NCBI GenBank assembly: GCA_050014195.1
Contig: JBEKDT010000020.1
Coordinates: 1-64,000, forward strand
From: Desulfomonilia bacterium
Lineage (GTDB): Bacteria; Desulfobacterota; Desulfomonilia; UBA1062
Length of the DNA stretch: 64,000 nt
Direction: 5' to 3'
Positions 8,741-19,217 of the stretch are shown here, one piece after another (within the stretch, counting starts at the first letter, position 1; each line of letters starts with the position of its first letter). The position numbers and the translations under genes are program-made. The notes beneath the pieces were generated by a model. It searched no databases and was not told the origin of the DNA. It was given only the letters and a program-made list of their open reading frames with translations.

Positions 8741-9253
8741 CTATGCATATTTTTCATAACACACTATTTCTTCAAGGCTCTTCCTTGATTTCATCAGCGG
8801 CGGTTGATCCGGATAACCAAGGGGTATCATAGTAACAACACGAATGTGTCCGGGTATGTTGAGGATATCCTTTACCTCACCTTCATGGAAAGCCCCGAGC
8901 CAGCACGTGCCTAATCCCAGTTCGAAGGCCTGCAGGATCATATGGGTGCAGGCAATCGATACATCCACGGTATATGCACTTTGCCCGCAGGCCATGACAC
9001 GCTCTGCCTCGGTCGCGCAGGCAACGATCACAACCGGGGCCTGGGCCACAAAAGACTGCCCTAAAGCCGCCTTTTTAAGCTTCTTCCTTGTTTCTCCGTC
9101 TCTTACAACGATAAACTTCCATTCCTGGCGATTGCTTGCAGATGGTGCAAGCCTGGCGGCATCCAACACCTTCTTAAGTTTCTCGTCTTCCACTTCGTAA
9201 TCTTTGTAGGCCCTCACGCTTCTTCTGTTACTGATTGCGGTAAAAACATCCAT
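8741..9253 (-). CDS. Nitroreductase family protein
   Basis: [31 protein letters not shown]. Confidence 0.92.
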   Translation of the reverse strand: MDVFTAISNRRSVRAYKDYEVEDEKLKKVLDAARLAPSASNRQEWKFIVVRDGETRKKLKKAALGQSFVAQAPVVIVACATEAERVMACGQSAYTVDVSIACTHMILQAFELGLGTCWLGAFHEGEVKDILNIPGHIRVVTMIPLGYPDQPPLMKSRKSLEEIVCYEKYA

Positions 9254-9502
9254 ACGATTTTTCTCCTTTTGTGTGTATCGGTTTGAAAAAACCGATCGAC
9301 CTCCGACTTATTATAAGGCCGGCTATGATATTTTCAATTTCTTACCCTTGAATATCCCTATCACCTAAGAGAAAATCGATTCTCATTCATAGCTCCAGAT
9401 TCAGCTTCAGGGATCAGAATATCTGTGATATGCTTCTAAGATGACTCACGATAAACCTCTTTTCTCATCAACACCCTTCAATAAAATCTTTTTGGTACCC
9501 TC

Positions 9503-10930
9503 ATGAAAAATAGGCCTTGGTTTTGGCTGATGATTGTTATTTTTATCCTGTTCCTCTGCGGGTGTGCCCACTATACGCTTGTCCGGGAGGCACCTCCGGT
9601 AAAGAATGGATACCTGATCAGGGATGTTTCTGTCTTTACAGCCCTTCCGGAAATCCCGGTGCTGGAGGACAGGGATGTGTACATCCAGGGTGAAACGATT
9701 GCCCTCGTCTCTGAAGAGAGATTGAATATCCCCGGGGCTGAAGTTATTGACGGTAGGGGAAAGATGCTTCTCCCGGGGTTAATCGACTTTCATACCCATA
9801 TCACCAGCGGCATGATCATCCCGTGGGGCGACATTATTCCAACTATGCAGTTTAATATGGAGGGGTGCCTTTACAGCGGGATTACGGCTGTTGTGGACAT
9901 GAGTGGAAAATCCCCTGCGGAGATGGCGGCGTTGGCTGAGGATATAGAGGCAGGCAGGCTCATCGGGCCGCACCTGTTCCACTGCGGCATGGGATTCACC
10001 GGCAAAGGCGCACATCCTATTCCGATGATGGAGAAGGTTAAAAATACCTATTCCTGGTTCATCCGCCCCTTCTTTCCTGAGGTCGTCATACAGGTGAAGG
10101 ATGTTACCGATATGGCACGCCTTGAAAAGCATCTCGAGTCAAATCCTGATTTCACCAAGATCTTTCTTGATGACATCCCGGATGGTACACCCAAGATGAG
10201 CCATGAGATTGTCAGGGAGATCGTGAAGCGTTCCCATGAGCAAGGAATCCCGGTTGTCATCCATATCGGCAGGAATGAGGATGTGAAGGTAGCTCTAGAA
10301 AGCGGTGCAGATGGGCTTGTGCACGATGTCTATAAGGAGCCGCTCGACCCGGAACTTGCCAAGGAACTCTCAAAAAGAAAGATGTTTGTCATCCCTACCG
10401 TGTATGTATTTCACAACCTGAATGTCTTCATGAACGAAAAGAACTACACGCACTATACCAAACTTGAATGGGAAACCATGTATCCATCTTGTGTCAAGGC
10501 GTTACAAAACCCCAGGCCATACATTGTCCCGGAGGGTGACCCATGGGGTAACTATTATAAACATTTTAAAGACTCATATGACCGTGTACTGCATCCGAAT
10601 GTCAAGACCTTAAAAGATGCAGGGGTGACGATTATTGCAGGAACCGATGCACCCAACCTTGGAATTGCAACGGGGGGTTCCCTGCATGTGGAGCTCCAGC
10701 ATCTCGTGAAGAGCGGGCTTACCCCTACAGAGGCATTGATGTCTGCAACCTCCACACCGGCAACCACACTTAAGCAGGTCTTTCACAGGAACGTGAATTT
10801 CGGAACAATCGAAAAAGGGAAAGCCGCTGATCTCCTCCTCGTACAGGGTGATCCCACGAAAAATATCCAGGACACACAAAACATCATTGAGGTTTTCTAT
10901 CGGGGAAATCGGTTAGTGAGGCACAAATAA
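9503..10930 (+). CDS. Amidohydrolase family lipoprotein
   Basis: Lipobox LCGC; LPGLIDFHTH; AGTDA; GTIEKGKAADLLLVQGDP. Confidence 0.88.
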   Translation: MKNRPWFWLMIVIFILFLCGCAHYTLVREAPPVKNGYLIRDVSVFTALPEIPVLEDRDVYIQGETIALVSEERLNIPGAEVIDGRGKMLLPGLIDFHTHITSGMIIPWGDIIPTMQFNMEGCLYSGITAVVDMSGKSPAEMAALAEDIEAGRLIGPHLFHCGMGFTGKGAHPIPMMEKVKNTYSWFIRPFFPEVVIQVKDVTDMARLEKHLESNPDFTKIFLDDIPDGTPKMSHEIVREIVKRSHEQGIPVVIHIGRNEDVKVALESGADGLVHDVYKEPLDPELAKELSKRKMFVIPTVYVFHNLNVFMNEKNYTHYTKLEWETMYPSCVKALQNPRPYIVPEGDPWGNYYKHFKDSYDRVLHPNVKTLKDAGVTIIAGTDAPNLGIATGGSLHVELQHLVKSGLTPTEALMSATSTPATTLKQVFHRNVNFGTIEKGKAADLLLVQGDPTKNIQDTQNIIEVFYRGNRLVRHK

Positions 10931-11430
10931 CCGGGCATGTCTGATTAAGGTCGAGCATCCGGATCTTGATGAGAAGGATTGTGATGAAAGGATTAAACCT
11001 GTTGGACAAAGATTATCGCATGATCTATACATTAAGACGGTTAATACCTCGGGCCTTACCATGCGAGATGTCGGTGTCGGTGTTGAAAAATATTTGACTA
11101 TGGGAGATTCCTATCTCATCGAACTGAAATTGCATATGTAACACAAGGGTGTCGGCTGCCATTTCGAGGGCTCAGCTGCCGCCCAAATCTTATTCGATAC
11201 GTGTTTACTTCAAGATCCAGGCATTCATGAATAAACCCCTGTAATTCAAAAAAGGAATCATCAGATAAGACCGATACTAGAAAGCGAACATCCCCGCGGT
11301 TTGCTGTGGGCATGTTCGCTTGTGTCTTCTTCAAATGAAACAGGAGAATCCGGGTGCAGGCACTTGAGTTTTTATTCACAAGATACTATTAATGTTACAA
11401 TTTTATTATACTCATGAAAAGGAGCGAGCG

Positions 11431-12921
11431 ATGAAGCGATATCCTTATTACCTCTTTGCGGTTATATTGTTCTTTGCAATATCCCTCAATGCCTGCACGA
11501 AACCCAGCGCACCAACCACGAGCCCTGCAGCCCCGGGCTCAGGAGAGGCGAAGGTTACGCAGGTAACTCAGGCCCCTCCCTCGAAGTCTTTCATGAGCGA
11601 GAGAGATTTCCGCAATGCAATTATCAATGTGGCAAAGCAGAATATTCCGGCAGTGGTGCACATCGAGGTGACCCAGCGCCAGGAGATTGTGAATCCGTTT
11701 TCACCGTTTGAAAGCGACCCGTTCTTCCGCCGGTTCTTCGATTTTCCCCAGGACCCCAGAAAGTTCAAAAGAGAGCTTAAAGGGATCGGTACCGGCATGA
11801 TCATAAACGAAGATGGATACATCCTGACGAATAACCATGTGGTGGCCGGTGCAACCCAGATACAGGTGATCCTCTCCGATGAAAGACAATTCGACGCCAA
11901 GGTCATCGGGACCGACCCGAAGACCGATCTGGCCGTGATAAAGGTCTCTGCAAAAGAAAAGCTCCCCTCTGTCACCTTCGGCGATTCGGACAAGGTCCAG
12001 GTGGGTGAATGGGTTGTTGCCATAGGTCACCCGCGTGGCCTCGATCAGACCGTTACACAGGGCATCATCAGCGCCAAGCACAGGCAGGGAATAACCGACC
12101 CGAACACATACCAGGATTTTCTCCAGACCGACGCTGCAATAAACCCCGGCAACAGCGGAGGACCGCTGCTCAACCTCGACAGCCAGGTCATCGGGGTTAA
12201 TTCCATTATCGCATCACAATCGGGCGGTTCCGAAGGGCTTGGGTTCGCCATACCAAGCAACATGGCGCTGCACATAGCAAAGTCCTTGATGGGAACCGGC
12301 AAGGTTCAGCGGGGTTGGCTCGGGATATCGCTTCAGGATGTATCTTTTGATAAGATGAAGTCACTCAAGCTCAATACACCCAAAGGGGCTTACGTGATGG
12401 ATGTGGTGAAGGATGGTCCTGCCTCCAAGGCCGGGATCAAGGCAGGGGACGTGATCATGAGCTTTGATGGGAAGGATATTGAGGATTCCGGTGCATTAAG
12501 GAACCTGGTTGCCGGCACACCCCTTGGGAAAGAGGTGAAGCTCGGCATCATGCGCGATGGGAAGAAGATCACTATTCCAGTGACGGTCGGAAACATAGAA
12601 GATGCAGCCAAGTTAATGGCCGCCTCCCTGAGGGATAAGTTGGGGGTGGATGTGAGGCCGATGAATGAAAATGAAAGGAGCAGATACGGCCTCGAGCAGG
12701 ATCAGGGAGTTGCCGTCAAATGGCTCGATCCGAATGGCCCGCTGGCCAAGGCGGGCTTTGAGATCAACGACATTATCTTAAGGATAAACGACCAGACAAT
12801 CGACAGCGTGGAGAACTTCGCATCCATTGTGAGTACCCTGAAGCAGTACCAGAAGATCACCATTTTTGTTGTCGATCATAGAACCGGTCAGACGGGTTAT
12901 ATTCAGGTAGAGATACGGTAG
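11431..12921 (+). CDS. Do/DegQ (HtrA) family serine protease with two PDZ domains
   Basis: LTNNHVV, DLAVIK, QTDAAINPGNSGGPL; SD aggag before ATG 11431. Confidence 0.95.
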   Translation: MKRYPYYLFAVILFFAISLNACTKPSAPTTSPAAPGSGEAKVTQVTQAPPSKSFMSERDFRNAIINVAKQNIPAVVHIEVTQRQEIVNPFSPFESDPFFRRFFDFPQDPRKFKRELKGIGTGMIINEDGYILTNNHVVAGATQIQVILSDERQFDAKVIGTDPKTDLAVIKVSAKEKLPSVTFGDSDKVQVGEWVVAIGHPRGLDQTVTQGIISAKHRQGITDPNTYQDFLQTDAAINPGNSGGPLLNLDSQVIGVNSIIASQSGGSEGLGFAIPSNMALHIAKSLMGTGKVQRGWLGISLQDVSFDKMKSLKLNTPKGAYVMDVVKDGPASKAGIKAGDVIMSFDGKDIEDSGALRNLVAGTPLGKEVKLGIMRDGKKITIPVTVGNIEDAAKLMAASLRDKLGVDVRPMNENERSRYGLEQDQGVAVKWLDPNGPLAKAGFEINDIILRINDQTIDSVENFASIVSTLKQYQKITIFVVDHRTGQTGYIQVEIR

Positions 12922-12937
12922 GGTTTTATCTGATAAA

Positions 12938-12974
12938 AAGAAGGGGACGTCTTTGCTCCGGCGTCCCTTTCTTC
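12938..12974. terminator. Probable bidirectional intrinsic terminator
   Basis: aagaaggggacg...cgtcccttttctt hairpin with A and T flanks after the protease gene. Confidence 0.7.
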
Positions 12975-13151
12975 TTTCCCCTTGCCGCCTACTATCGACT
13001 CCTAGCTCTTAAACAATTATGTTGTCGGCTGGTTGGAAGACAATCCTGTGTCTCGGTTGAAAGGTCTTCAGCCCGGCACGGTTTCCCTGGCCTGTTTTAG
13101 TTGCCGGCAGGAGATGGCGGAGGAAGTATGTTCTAAAAAGGTGTAAATAAG

Positions 13152-13253
13152 CTATCTGCTCTTTTTCTTTTCAAGCTTTGCCTGCTTCTTCTCTTTTGCT
13201 GTTTTCAGCGGTTTCTTCTTCTCTTGTTTTCTGGTATCTTGTGATTTGGCCAT
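13152..13253 (-). CDS. Small Lys-rich protein (33 aa)
   Basis: MAKSQDTRKQEKKKPLKTAKEKKQAKLEKKKSR, SD aggaaaggaa; below the ORF-track cutoff. Confidence 0.65.
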   Translation of the reverse strand: MAKSQDTRKQEKKKPLKTAKEKKQAKLEKKKSR

Positions 13254-13450
13254 ATCATTTCCTTTCCTAAAAACCTCTTGATATCATTATTTTATCATCT
13301 GTCATCACTCAATAACAACCCCTTTTGATCATTTCTGATAAAGGCTTCAACGATAGACTATAAAACAGCCTCATCTCAGAGAGATCAAATTCCGATACGT
13401 TACTATGTATTCAAGAAAGAATTGGGTTTAGGAAATTCGGGGATGGGCTG

Positions 13451-13855
13451 ATGCGATACTACAAACAGTTGCACAAATGGAAATATATTTATCTTATTGT
13501 GCTGGGTCTTGGTGCTGTGTGTCTTTATTCGGCATTTTTTGATTCAGGACTTGATTCAAGCATTATATTTCTCTCCAGTGGGTTGGTCTGCCTGATGAGC
13601 GGCTGGATAATACAAAAAGGTCATACACACTACCTTGAGATCAACGATGAAAAGATAATACACCGGGGATTTAGAAACTGGACAATCCGTAGATCCGATG
13701 TGACTCGCGTCGAACGCGGGAAAAAGGGATGGATTGATGATAATGAACTCTACCTCAAGATCGTTGCAGACAAGGAAGAGTTCGAGGTGGATGACGGCTT
13801 CCTTACTGATGAAGAACACGTGCAGGAACTAACGAAAGCTATAGGCTCACGATGA
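13451..13855 (+). CDS. Hypothetical membrane protein (2 TM + small beta domain)
   Basis: 134-aa ORF with two hydrophobic segments and a GGGGA SD. Confidence 0.7.
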   Translation: MRYYKQLHKWKYIYLIVLGLGAVCLYSAFFDSGLDSSIIFLSSGLVCLMSGWIIQKGHTHYLEINDEKIIHRGFRNWTIRRSDVTRVERGKKGWIDDNELYLKIVADKEEFEVDDGFLTDEEHVQELTKAIGSR

Positions 13856-13886
13856 TCGCAAGAATCTTAAAATTCAATTCAATCAG

Positions 13887-14846
13887 TCAATTACTTGCGG
13901 GCGTTCCTTCCTGCCTAGCAGGCACATCTCCTTCCTTGCCCTTGGACTCCCCATCCTTGGCTGGGGCGTTCACTTCCTTACTTGGAGTATTCACTTCCTT
14001 AGTTTGATTTTCTGCAGGATCGAATCTTACCATAAGGACCCGGAAATTTCCCAATGTATGGCTGGCTTCGATTTTAAGCACATCCTTAAGCTCATCGGCA
14101 GAAACATATATTTTCGTTCTCACCTGCTTCTTTTTTGAGGCTTGAGCCTGTTTGTCCGGGTCCAGGTTTGTCACTGTCGGAATAATCACATATGCATTGC
14201 GTTTCTCGCCGGCGATATCAATAGTCGCCATACTCTCACACTTCAGCCTCAACTCATATTGGTATTTCCCAGGATATACATCAAAGACTTTTTCCACTCC
14301 CACTTTCCACTCGAGTCCTCGCACCAGGTAGGTTGCAGAAAACGGATCCAACGTAAATCTTTCGGTCTGAATCCTTCGAACATCATAATTAACGGTAGCT
14401 CCATTCTTCGATTCTATCTCCGTAGTTTTTATTGTCCCATTATCTTGAAATTTTATGGTCGTGTCTTTTTCAGACGATCTGACCTCCTGCTGCATCTTTG
14501 TCTCTACCGATGATACAGGCTCGCTGTTCATAAGGGCTTCTCCCCTGTAGCGCAGCCTATACAAGCGTTCGACCATGCCGATTGTTTGGGCAAGAACCTG
14601 TATCTTATAAAGATCACCTTCGCGATCTATCACGATACTTGCAGTGCCAATACTCACGTTGTTAAAATCAACTCGGTAATAATACGTGCCTAATCGCGGC
14701 TTGAAATCAGGATCAACCGGTAGAGTGTTTATGGTGCCATCCCCATCTGAACCAAGTGCGATACCCTGTCTAAACAATGTTGCACAGGCGACAATCAGAA
14801 TGCCTGTGATTAAAGCACTTGATATTTTTCTCATTTCTTTCCTCAT
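13887..14846 (-). CDS. DUF3108-like exported protein
   Basis: Signal peptide; TLDPFSATYLVR; KIYVSAD motif. Confidence 0.7.
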   Translation of the reverse strand: MRKEMRKISSALITGILIVACATLFRQGIALGSDGDGTINTLPVDPDFKPRLGTYYYRVDFNNVSIGTASIVIDREGDLYKIQVLAQTIGMVERLYRLRYRGEALMNSEPVSSVETKMQQEVRSSEKDTTIKFQDNGTIKTTEIESKNGATVNYDVRRIQTERFTLDPFSATYLVRGLEWKVGVEKVFDVYPGKYQYELRLKCESMATIDIAGEKRNAYVIIPTVTNLDPDKQAQASKKKQVRTKIYVSADELKDVLKIEASHTLGNFRVLMVRFDPAENQTKEVNTPSKEVNAPAKDGESKGKEGDVPARQEGTPASN

Positions 14847-15007
14847 CTGTGATTCATACTCCCTTTTGTTTACCTACCCCTATTTTTTGATCATGGCAAA
14901 AAGACAAAGATTCATCAAGCAAAGATCATACCACTGCCGGGATCAACCAGAGGGCGGGAGCATACGGCAACAGGGAAAGTCGGTTACCGCTATCTTTAAA
15001 AATGATC

Positions 15008-15046
15008 TTGACATTAAATAACGGTTGTTATATAACAACCGTTATT
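15008..15046 (+). promoter_or_regulatory. Promoter overlapped by a perfect 30-bp palindromic operator
   Basis: TTGACA (15008-13)-N17-TATAAC (15031-36); aataacggttgttat|ataacaaccgttatt at 15017-15046. Confidence 0.8.
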
Positions 15047-15058
15047 AGGGATGAACTT

Positions 15059-15718
15059 ATGCCTGAAAAGAAATTCAGTACAACCGACATCATCGAGGCG
15101 GCCTTCAGCGTTATCCGCAAGCAAGGATGGGATAAGTGCTCTGCCCGCGCCATCGCCCAGGAGCTGGGGGCTTCCACCATGCCCATCTATTCCGGGCTCA
15201 AATCCATGAAGAACCTTGAAGACGAGATCGCCAAGAGGGCCAGCGATGTACTCATCCGTTACCAAACGAAAAAATGGTCGGGTCTCGGCTTCCTCGATAT
15301 GGGGGTGGGCTATGTCATGTTCGCCCAGGAGGAGAAGAATCTCTTCAGAATGATGTACTATCATGAGACGGGCGAAGAGGATGATACTCAAAGACAGAAG
15401 AAATACCGTGGGTATGTGTTTGATATCCTCATGCAGAGGCTCGAGCATGAAGAGATTATGACAGGGTTGTCCACCGCTCAGCGCAAAGAGGTATTGAATA
15501 AGATGTGGGTCTTCTCCCATGGGCTGGCAGTGCTCCTCAACGATGGGGTCATAGAGCCGATGAATGAGAAAGAGATAACGCGTTTTCTTATGGATACCGG
15601 GTCGCTCATTATCACCGGTGAGAGGGCGCGGCCCAAAGGCGAACCGACCTGTGCCTTGTCCGGGAAGATAAAATGGCAGCCTGCGGAAAAAACGAACAAA
15701 AAGAGAGGCAAGAAGTAA
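15059..15718 (+). CDS. TetR/AcrR family regulator (WHG-like C-terminus)
   Basis: IIEAAFSVIRKQG...SARAIAQELGASTMPIY HTH; WVFSHGLA. Confidence 0.88.
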   Translation: MPEKKFSTTDIIEAAFSVIRKQGWDKCSARAIAQELGASTMPIYSGLKSMKNLEDEIAKRASDVLIRYQTKKWSGLGFLDMGVGYVMFAQEEKNLFRMMYYHETGEEDDTQRQKKYRGYVFDILMQRLEHEEIMTGLSTAQRKEVLNKMWVFSHGLAVLLNDGVIEPMNEKEITRFLMDTGSLIITGERARPKGEPTCALSGKIKWQPAEKTNKKRGKK

Positions 15719-15762
15719 GCGGATCCGTTCGTTATTCTTCAAAATATAAGGAGGAACCATCA

Positions 15763-16854
15763 ATGAATACTCACAATGACGTCTATGGGCGATTGGCAAA
15801 GGTCCTGGATACGCTCCCTAATGGGTTCCCATCGACCGATAGTGGTGTGGAAATCAGGATGTTGAAAAAAATCTTCTCTCCTGACGAGGCCGATCTCTTT
15901 TGCGATATGAGGCTGACCTTTGAGACAGCCGAGCAGGTGGCCCAGCGCACCGGACGCCCCCTGGAAGGCCTTCTGGAGAAGCTGATGACCATGGGCCAGC
16001 ATGGACAGCTCTGGGCTCTCCAGTTTGGCGACGCCTGGTATTTCAAGATGCTGCCATGGGTCTTCGGGATCTTTGAGTTCCAGCTCCCGCGCCTCGACAA
16101 GGAGATGGCCGAATTGGCCGATCAATATATGCATATCTACGGCATGCAGTTTTTTGCCAACAAACCCCAGCTCATGCAGGTTCTCCCCATAGAGGAAACA
16201 ATCTCATCGGGGCAGGAGGCCCTTCCCTATGAACAGGTCTCGGCCCTTATTGAGAAGAGCAAGTCGTTTTTGGTGAATGAATGCATCTGCAAGAAAGAGC
16301 AAGCCTTGCTTGGCAAGCCGTGCGACAGACCGCTGGAGGTCTGCCTCGCCCTCGCCCCGGTTCCGGGGGTATTCGATAACTCTCCCATGGGCCGTGTTCT
16401 CACAAAGGATCAGGCCTATGAGCTGCTGAAAATGACTGAATCAGTAGGGCTCGTGCACCTGACCAACAACCTGCAGAACGGGCAGTTCTTCATCTGCAAC
16501 TGCTGCAAGTGCTGCTGCGGGCCCTTAAGGGCCATCAATGATCTGGGCCTCCCGGCGTGGGATGTGGTCAATTCACATTACTATGCCACAATTGATCCGG
16601 ATACATGCATCAGCTGCGGGCTTTGCGCAGAGGAGCGCTGCCAGGTGGGGGCCATCGAGGAAGGTGAACAGGCATACCATATCACCCCTGAAAAATGTAT
16701 CGGCTGCGGGTTGTGCATCAGTACCTGCCCGGTGGAGGCCATCAGCCTCGTGCGGAAAGAAAAGGAAAAGATCGTTCCTCCGCCGATAACTGAGAATGCC
16801 TGGTTCGATGAGAGGGGAACTCTTCGCGGTGTCGATTTCAGCAAATATAAATAG
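15763..16854 (+). CDS. 4Fe-4S binding protein (CxC...CNCCxCCC + 2x[4Fe-4S])
   Basis: ECICKK, ICNCCKCCCG, CISCGLCAEERC, CIGCGLCISTCP; SD aggagg. Confidence 0.85.
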   Translation: MNTHNDVYGRLAKVLDTLPNGFPSTDSGVEIRMLKKIFSPDEADLFCDMRLTFETAEQVAQRTGRPLEGLLEKLMTMGQHGQLWALQFGDAWYFKMLPWVFGIFEFQLPRLDKEMAELADQYMHIYGMQFFANKPQLMQVLPIEETISSGQEALPYEQVSALIEKSKSFLVNECICKKEQALLGKPCDRPLEVCLALAPVPGVFDNSPMGRVLTKDQAYELLKMTESVGLVHLTNNLQNGQFFICNCCKCCCGPLRAINDLGLPAWDVVNSHYYATIDPDTCISCGLCAEERCQVGAIEEGEQAYHITPEKCIGCGLCISTCPVEAISLVRKEKEKIVPPPITENAWFDERGTLRGVDFSKYK

Positions 16855-16954
16855 ATTCAAGGCGTAATCAGATATCACAGGAACGTACTGAAGCCGCGAT
16901 GAAGGTCGTGCCCGGAAGGTGCTTTTACAAAGTGTACTGGGCCTCAATGTCCTT

Positions 16955-18316
16955 TCATTTCATCCCTGACTTTGCCGCTATGAGGAGCGGGTCCCATACG
17001 GGTGCGAAAGGCGGGGCATAAGCCATATCGAGGCTGTAGAGGTCATCCAGGGTCATATGTGCTGTGATGGCAGCCACCAGGGTGTCGAGCCTCATGGCCG
17101 ACCCCCCTTTGCCGATAATCTGGCCGCCTACGATGACCTTTGAAGCATCATCAAAATATATCTTCACCCACAGATCGGATGAGCCCGGGTAGTATCCCGG
17201 AAGATTCTTTGCCTGTATCGCAACCGATCTGATGCCGGTCAGCTTATAGTGTTCGATGTCGGATTGGCCTATGCCGGTCTTGCCCACCTCCAGATTGAAC
17301 ACCTTGGTGACGGCCGTCCCAATGATGCCGGGAAACGGCTTCTGTTCGTTTCCTGTCAGTTCGGCCACCAGGTTTTCCCCGCACATCCTGCCCTGTCGGT
17401 TTGCAGTGAGACCCAAAGGGATGAACACATCCCGTTTGAGGATACGGTGGTATGCCGTGCTGCAATCTCCTGCGGAATAGATATCCGGGTCGCTGGTCGT
17501 AAGAAAGCGATCCGTCTTTATGGCCTTTCGCTCACCGAGTTCCAGGCCTGCATCGGCGGCAAGAGCACTGTTTGGAGCCACCCCGATGCTGAGCAGTACG
17601 ACATCCGCCTCCAGCGCGCTTCCATCATCTAGGAGCACCTTTTGAACATTCTCAAGGCCTTCAAACCCTATAACCTTTTTCCCTGTGAGGATCTTTACGT
17701 TGTTTTTCAACATCTCTTCAACGACATGTCCGCTCATGTCATCATCCATTATGGTCATGACCCGGGGCAAGGCTTCCACTAATGTCACCTCAATGCCGAG
17801 CCTCCGGAAGGTTTCCGCAACCTCCACCCCGATATACCCTCCACCGACGATAACGGCCCGGTAAGGTTTGGTGCTTTCGACAAATTTCTTCAGATCAAGC
17901 CCGTCCTGAAATTGTTTCATGGTGAATATACCGGCAAGACCGATGCCCGGCAGGTCGGGGACGATAGCCCTTGCACCGGTGCCGATAACGAGCTTGCCGT
18001 ATTCCTGATCAAAGGTCTTGCCGCTTGCAAGCTCCCTCACCGAGACCATCTTCCCGGCACGCTCGATACGGAGAACCTCGTGGAGTACCCTCAGATCGAT
18101 ACCCCTCTTATGAATGGCCTCCTCAGCCGTTATCGCCAGGAGCTTCTCTGGATTATGTATCAGCCCGGATACATAGTAGGGCATCCCTCAGGCGCTATAC
18201 GATATATGCGGTTCCATTCCGAACACAATGACCTGCTGGTCTTTGATCTCGCGTTTGATCACGCTCGCCGCACTCATCCCAGCAGCAACTGCACCGATTA
18301 TGACGATGGGCTTCAT
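16955..18316 (-). CDS. CoA-disulfide reductase/NADH oxidase family flavoprotein, selenocysteine at codon 43
   Basis: MKPIVIIGAVAAGMSAA...HISYSA-TGA-GMPYY is in frame with the 409-aa ORF; TGA (18188-18190) aligns to the catalytic Cys of SFANCGLPYY; GGGYIG and YAPPF motifs. Confidence 0.88.
18154..18175 (-). promoter_or_regulatory. SECIS-like hairpin
   Basis: TATGTATC-CGGGCT-GATACATA, perfect 8-bp stem starting 12 nt after the UGA, G-rich loop. Confidence 0.7.
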
Positions 18317-18535
18317 GTATCGGAGACCTCCTCGATGTGGATTCTACAAGTATATAAGATAATAAGGCATAAAAACGACCCTGCAAGTAGGAAAGCGCTG
18401 TAAAGATATTTGAGGGGTTGCGCTGAAGCTCCGTGCACCCTTCCGGCTACGGCAGGCATAAGGCCTGCCCCTATTATAATCATTTGTCGGGGTTCGCTAA
18501 CGCTACCCCCGAGAACATGCAACATATTATTGAGA

Positions 18536-18595
18536 TGTAGGAGCGCCTTCAGGCGCGACCCATTTTTAGATGTCGCGGCTAAAGCCGCTCCTACA
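18536..18595. repeat. Inverted pair of GTAG REP-like elements (REPIN-like)
   Basis: tgtaggagcgccttcaggcgcgac ... gtcgcggctaaagccgctcctaca. Confidence 0.7.
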
Positions 18596-18683
18596 ATGAC
18601 ACCGGAATACACCGCCTCTGTAAAGTGCCCAGCCACACCAGTGTCGGGTAAGGCCGATCCGGCTGAGAAGATTGCAGCCGCTA

Positions 18684-19073
18684 TCAGACGATGACCACCG
18701 GGCGGTTGGAATTGTATATTATATGCTGGGCCACCGAGCCGAGGAGGAACTTCTCGACCCTGGTCCGTTTCTCCGTCCCGATGATGATCTCATCCACGTT
18801 CTTCTCTGTTGCAAACTTCACAACGTCTTCCCCCGGCTCAAGGCCGCGGATCAAGAGGTGTGTCTCGCAAGGGATATTCTCTTTTTCGAAAACGGACTTT
18901 ATGTATTCAAGTTCGTTCTCTCTCTGTTCTATCTCCCCGAGTCGCGATTCGTCACCCTTATGGAGTGAGGAAACAACGTCAACCTTTGCGTTGAAGGCCT
19001 TTCCATGCAGCTTTACAATGGGTATGGCCTCCTTTGATTCCTCAGAGCCGTCATAATACATCAGGATCCTCAT
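18684..19073 (-). CDS. Universal stress protein
   Basis: MRILMYYDGSEES; IIIG...FLLGSVAQHII...PVVIV. Confidence 0.9.
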   Translation of the reverse strand: MRILMYYDGSEESKEAIPIVKLHGKAFNAKVDVVSSLHKGDESRLGEIEQRENELEYIKSVFEKENIPCETHLLIRGLEPGEDVVKFATEKNVDEIIIGTEKRTRVEKFLLGSVAQHIIYNSNRPVVIV

Positions 19074-19217
19074 GGTCACCTCCTGGTTTTTACATCTCTA
19101 CCAACATCTCACTATAAAACTAATTCCGATATTTATGCTGTCAATGGATTCATCCCCACCTTTTGATGTTTCTCTTTCTCATTCCTCTGCGTTACTGCCT
19201 GTGATAGGCTTCGGATC

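Noticed and set aside
11116-11379. 87-aa ORF in the intergenic region before the HtrA gene
   Set aside because: No recognisable motif or clear SD; cannot be supported.
15014-15799. 261-aa minus-strand ORF (and similar long antisense ORFs at 22644-23273, 39433-40152, 41806-42486)
   Set aside because: Fully overlap well-supported genes on the opposite strand; typical GC-rich shadows.
18313-18636. 107-aa ORF upstream of the Sec enzyme
   Set aside because: Runs through REP-like repeats; likely spurious.
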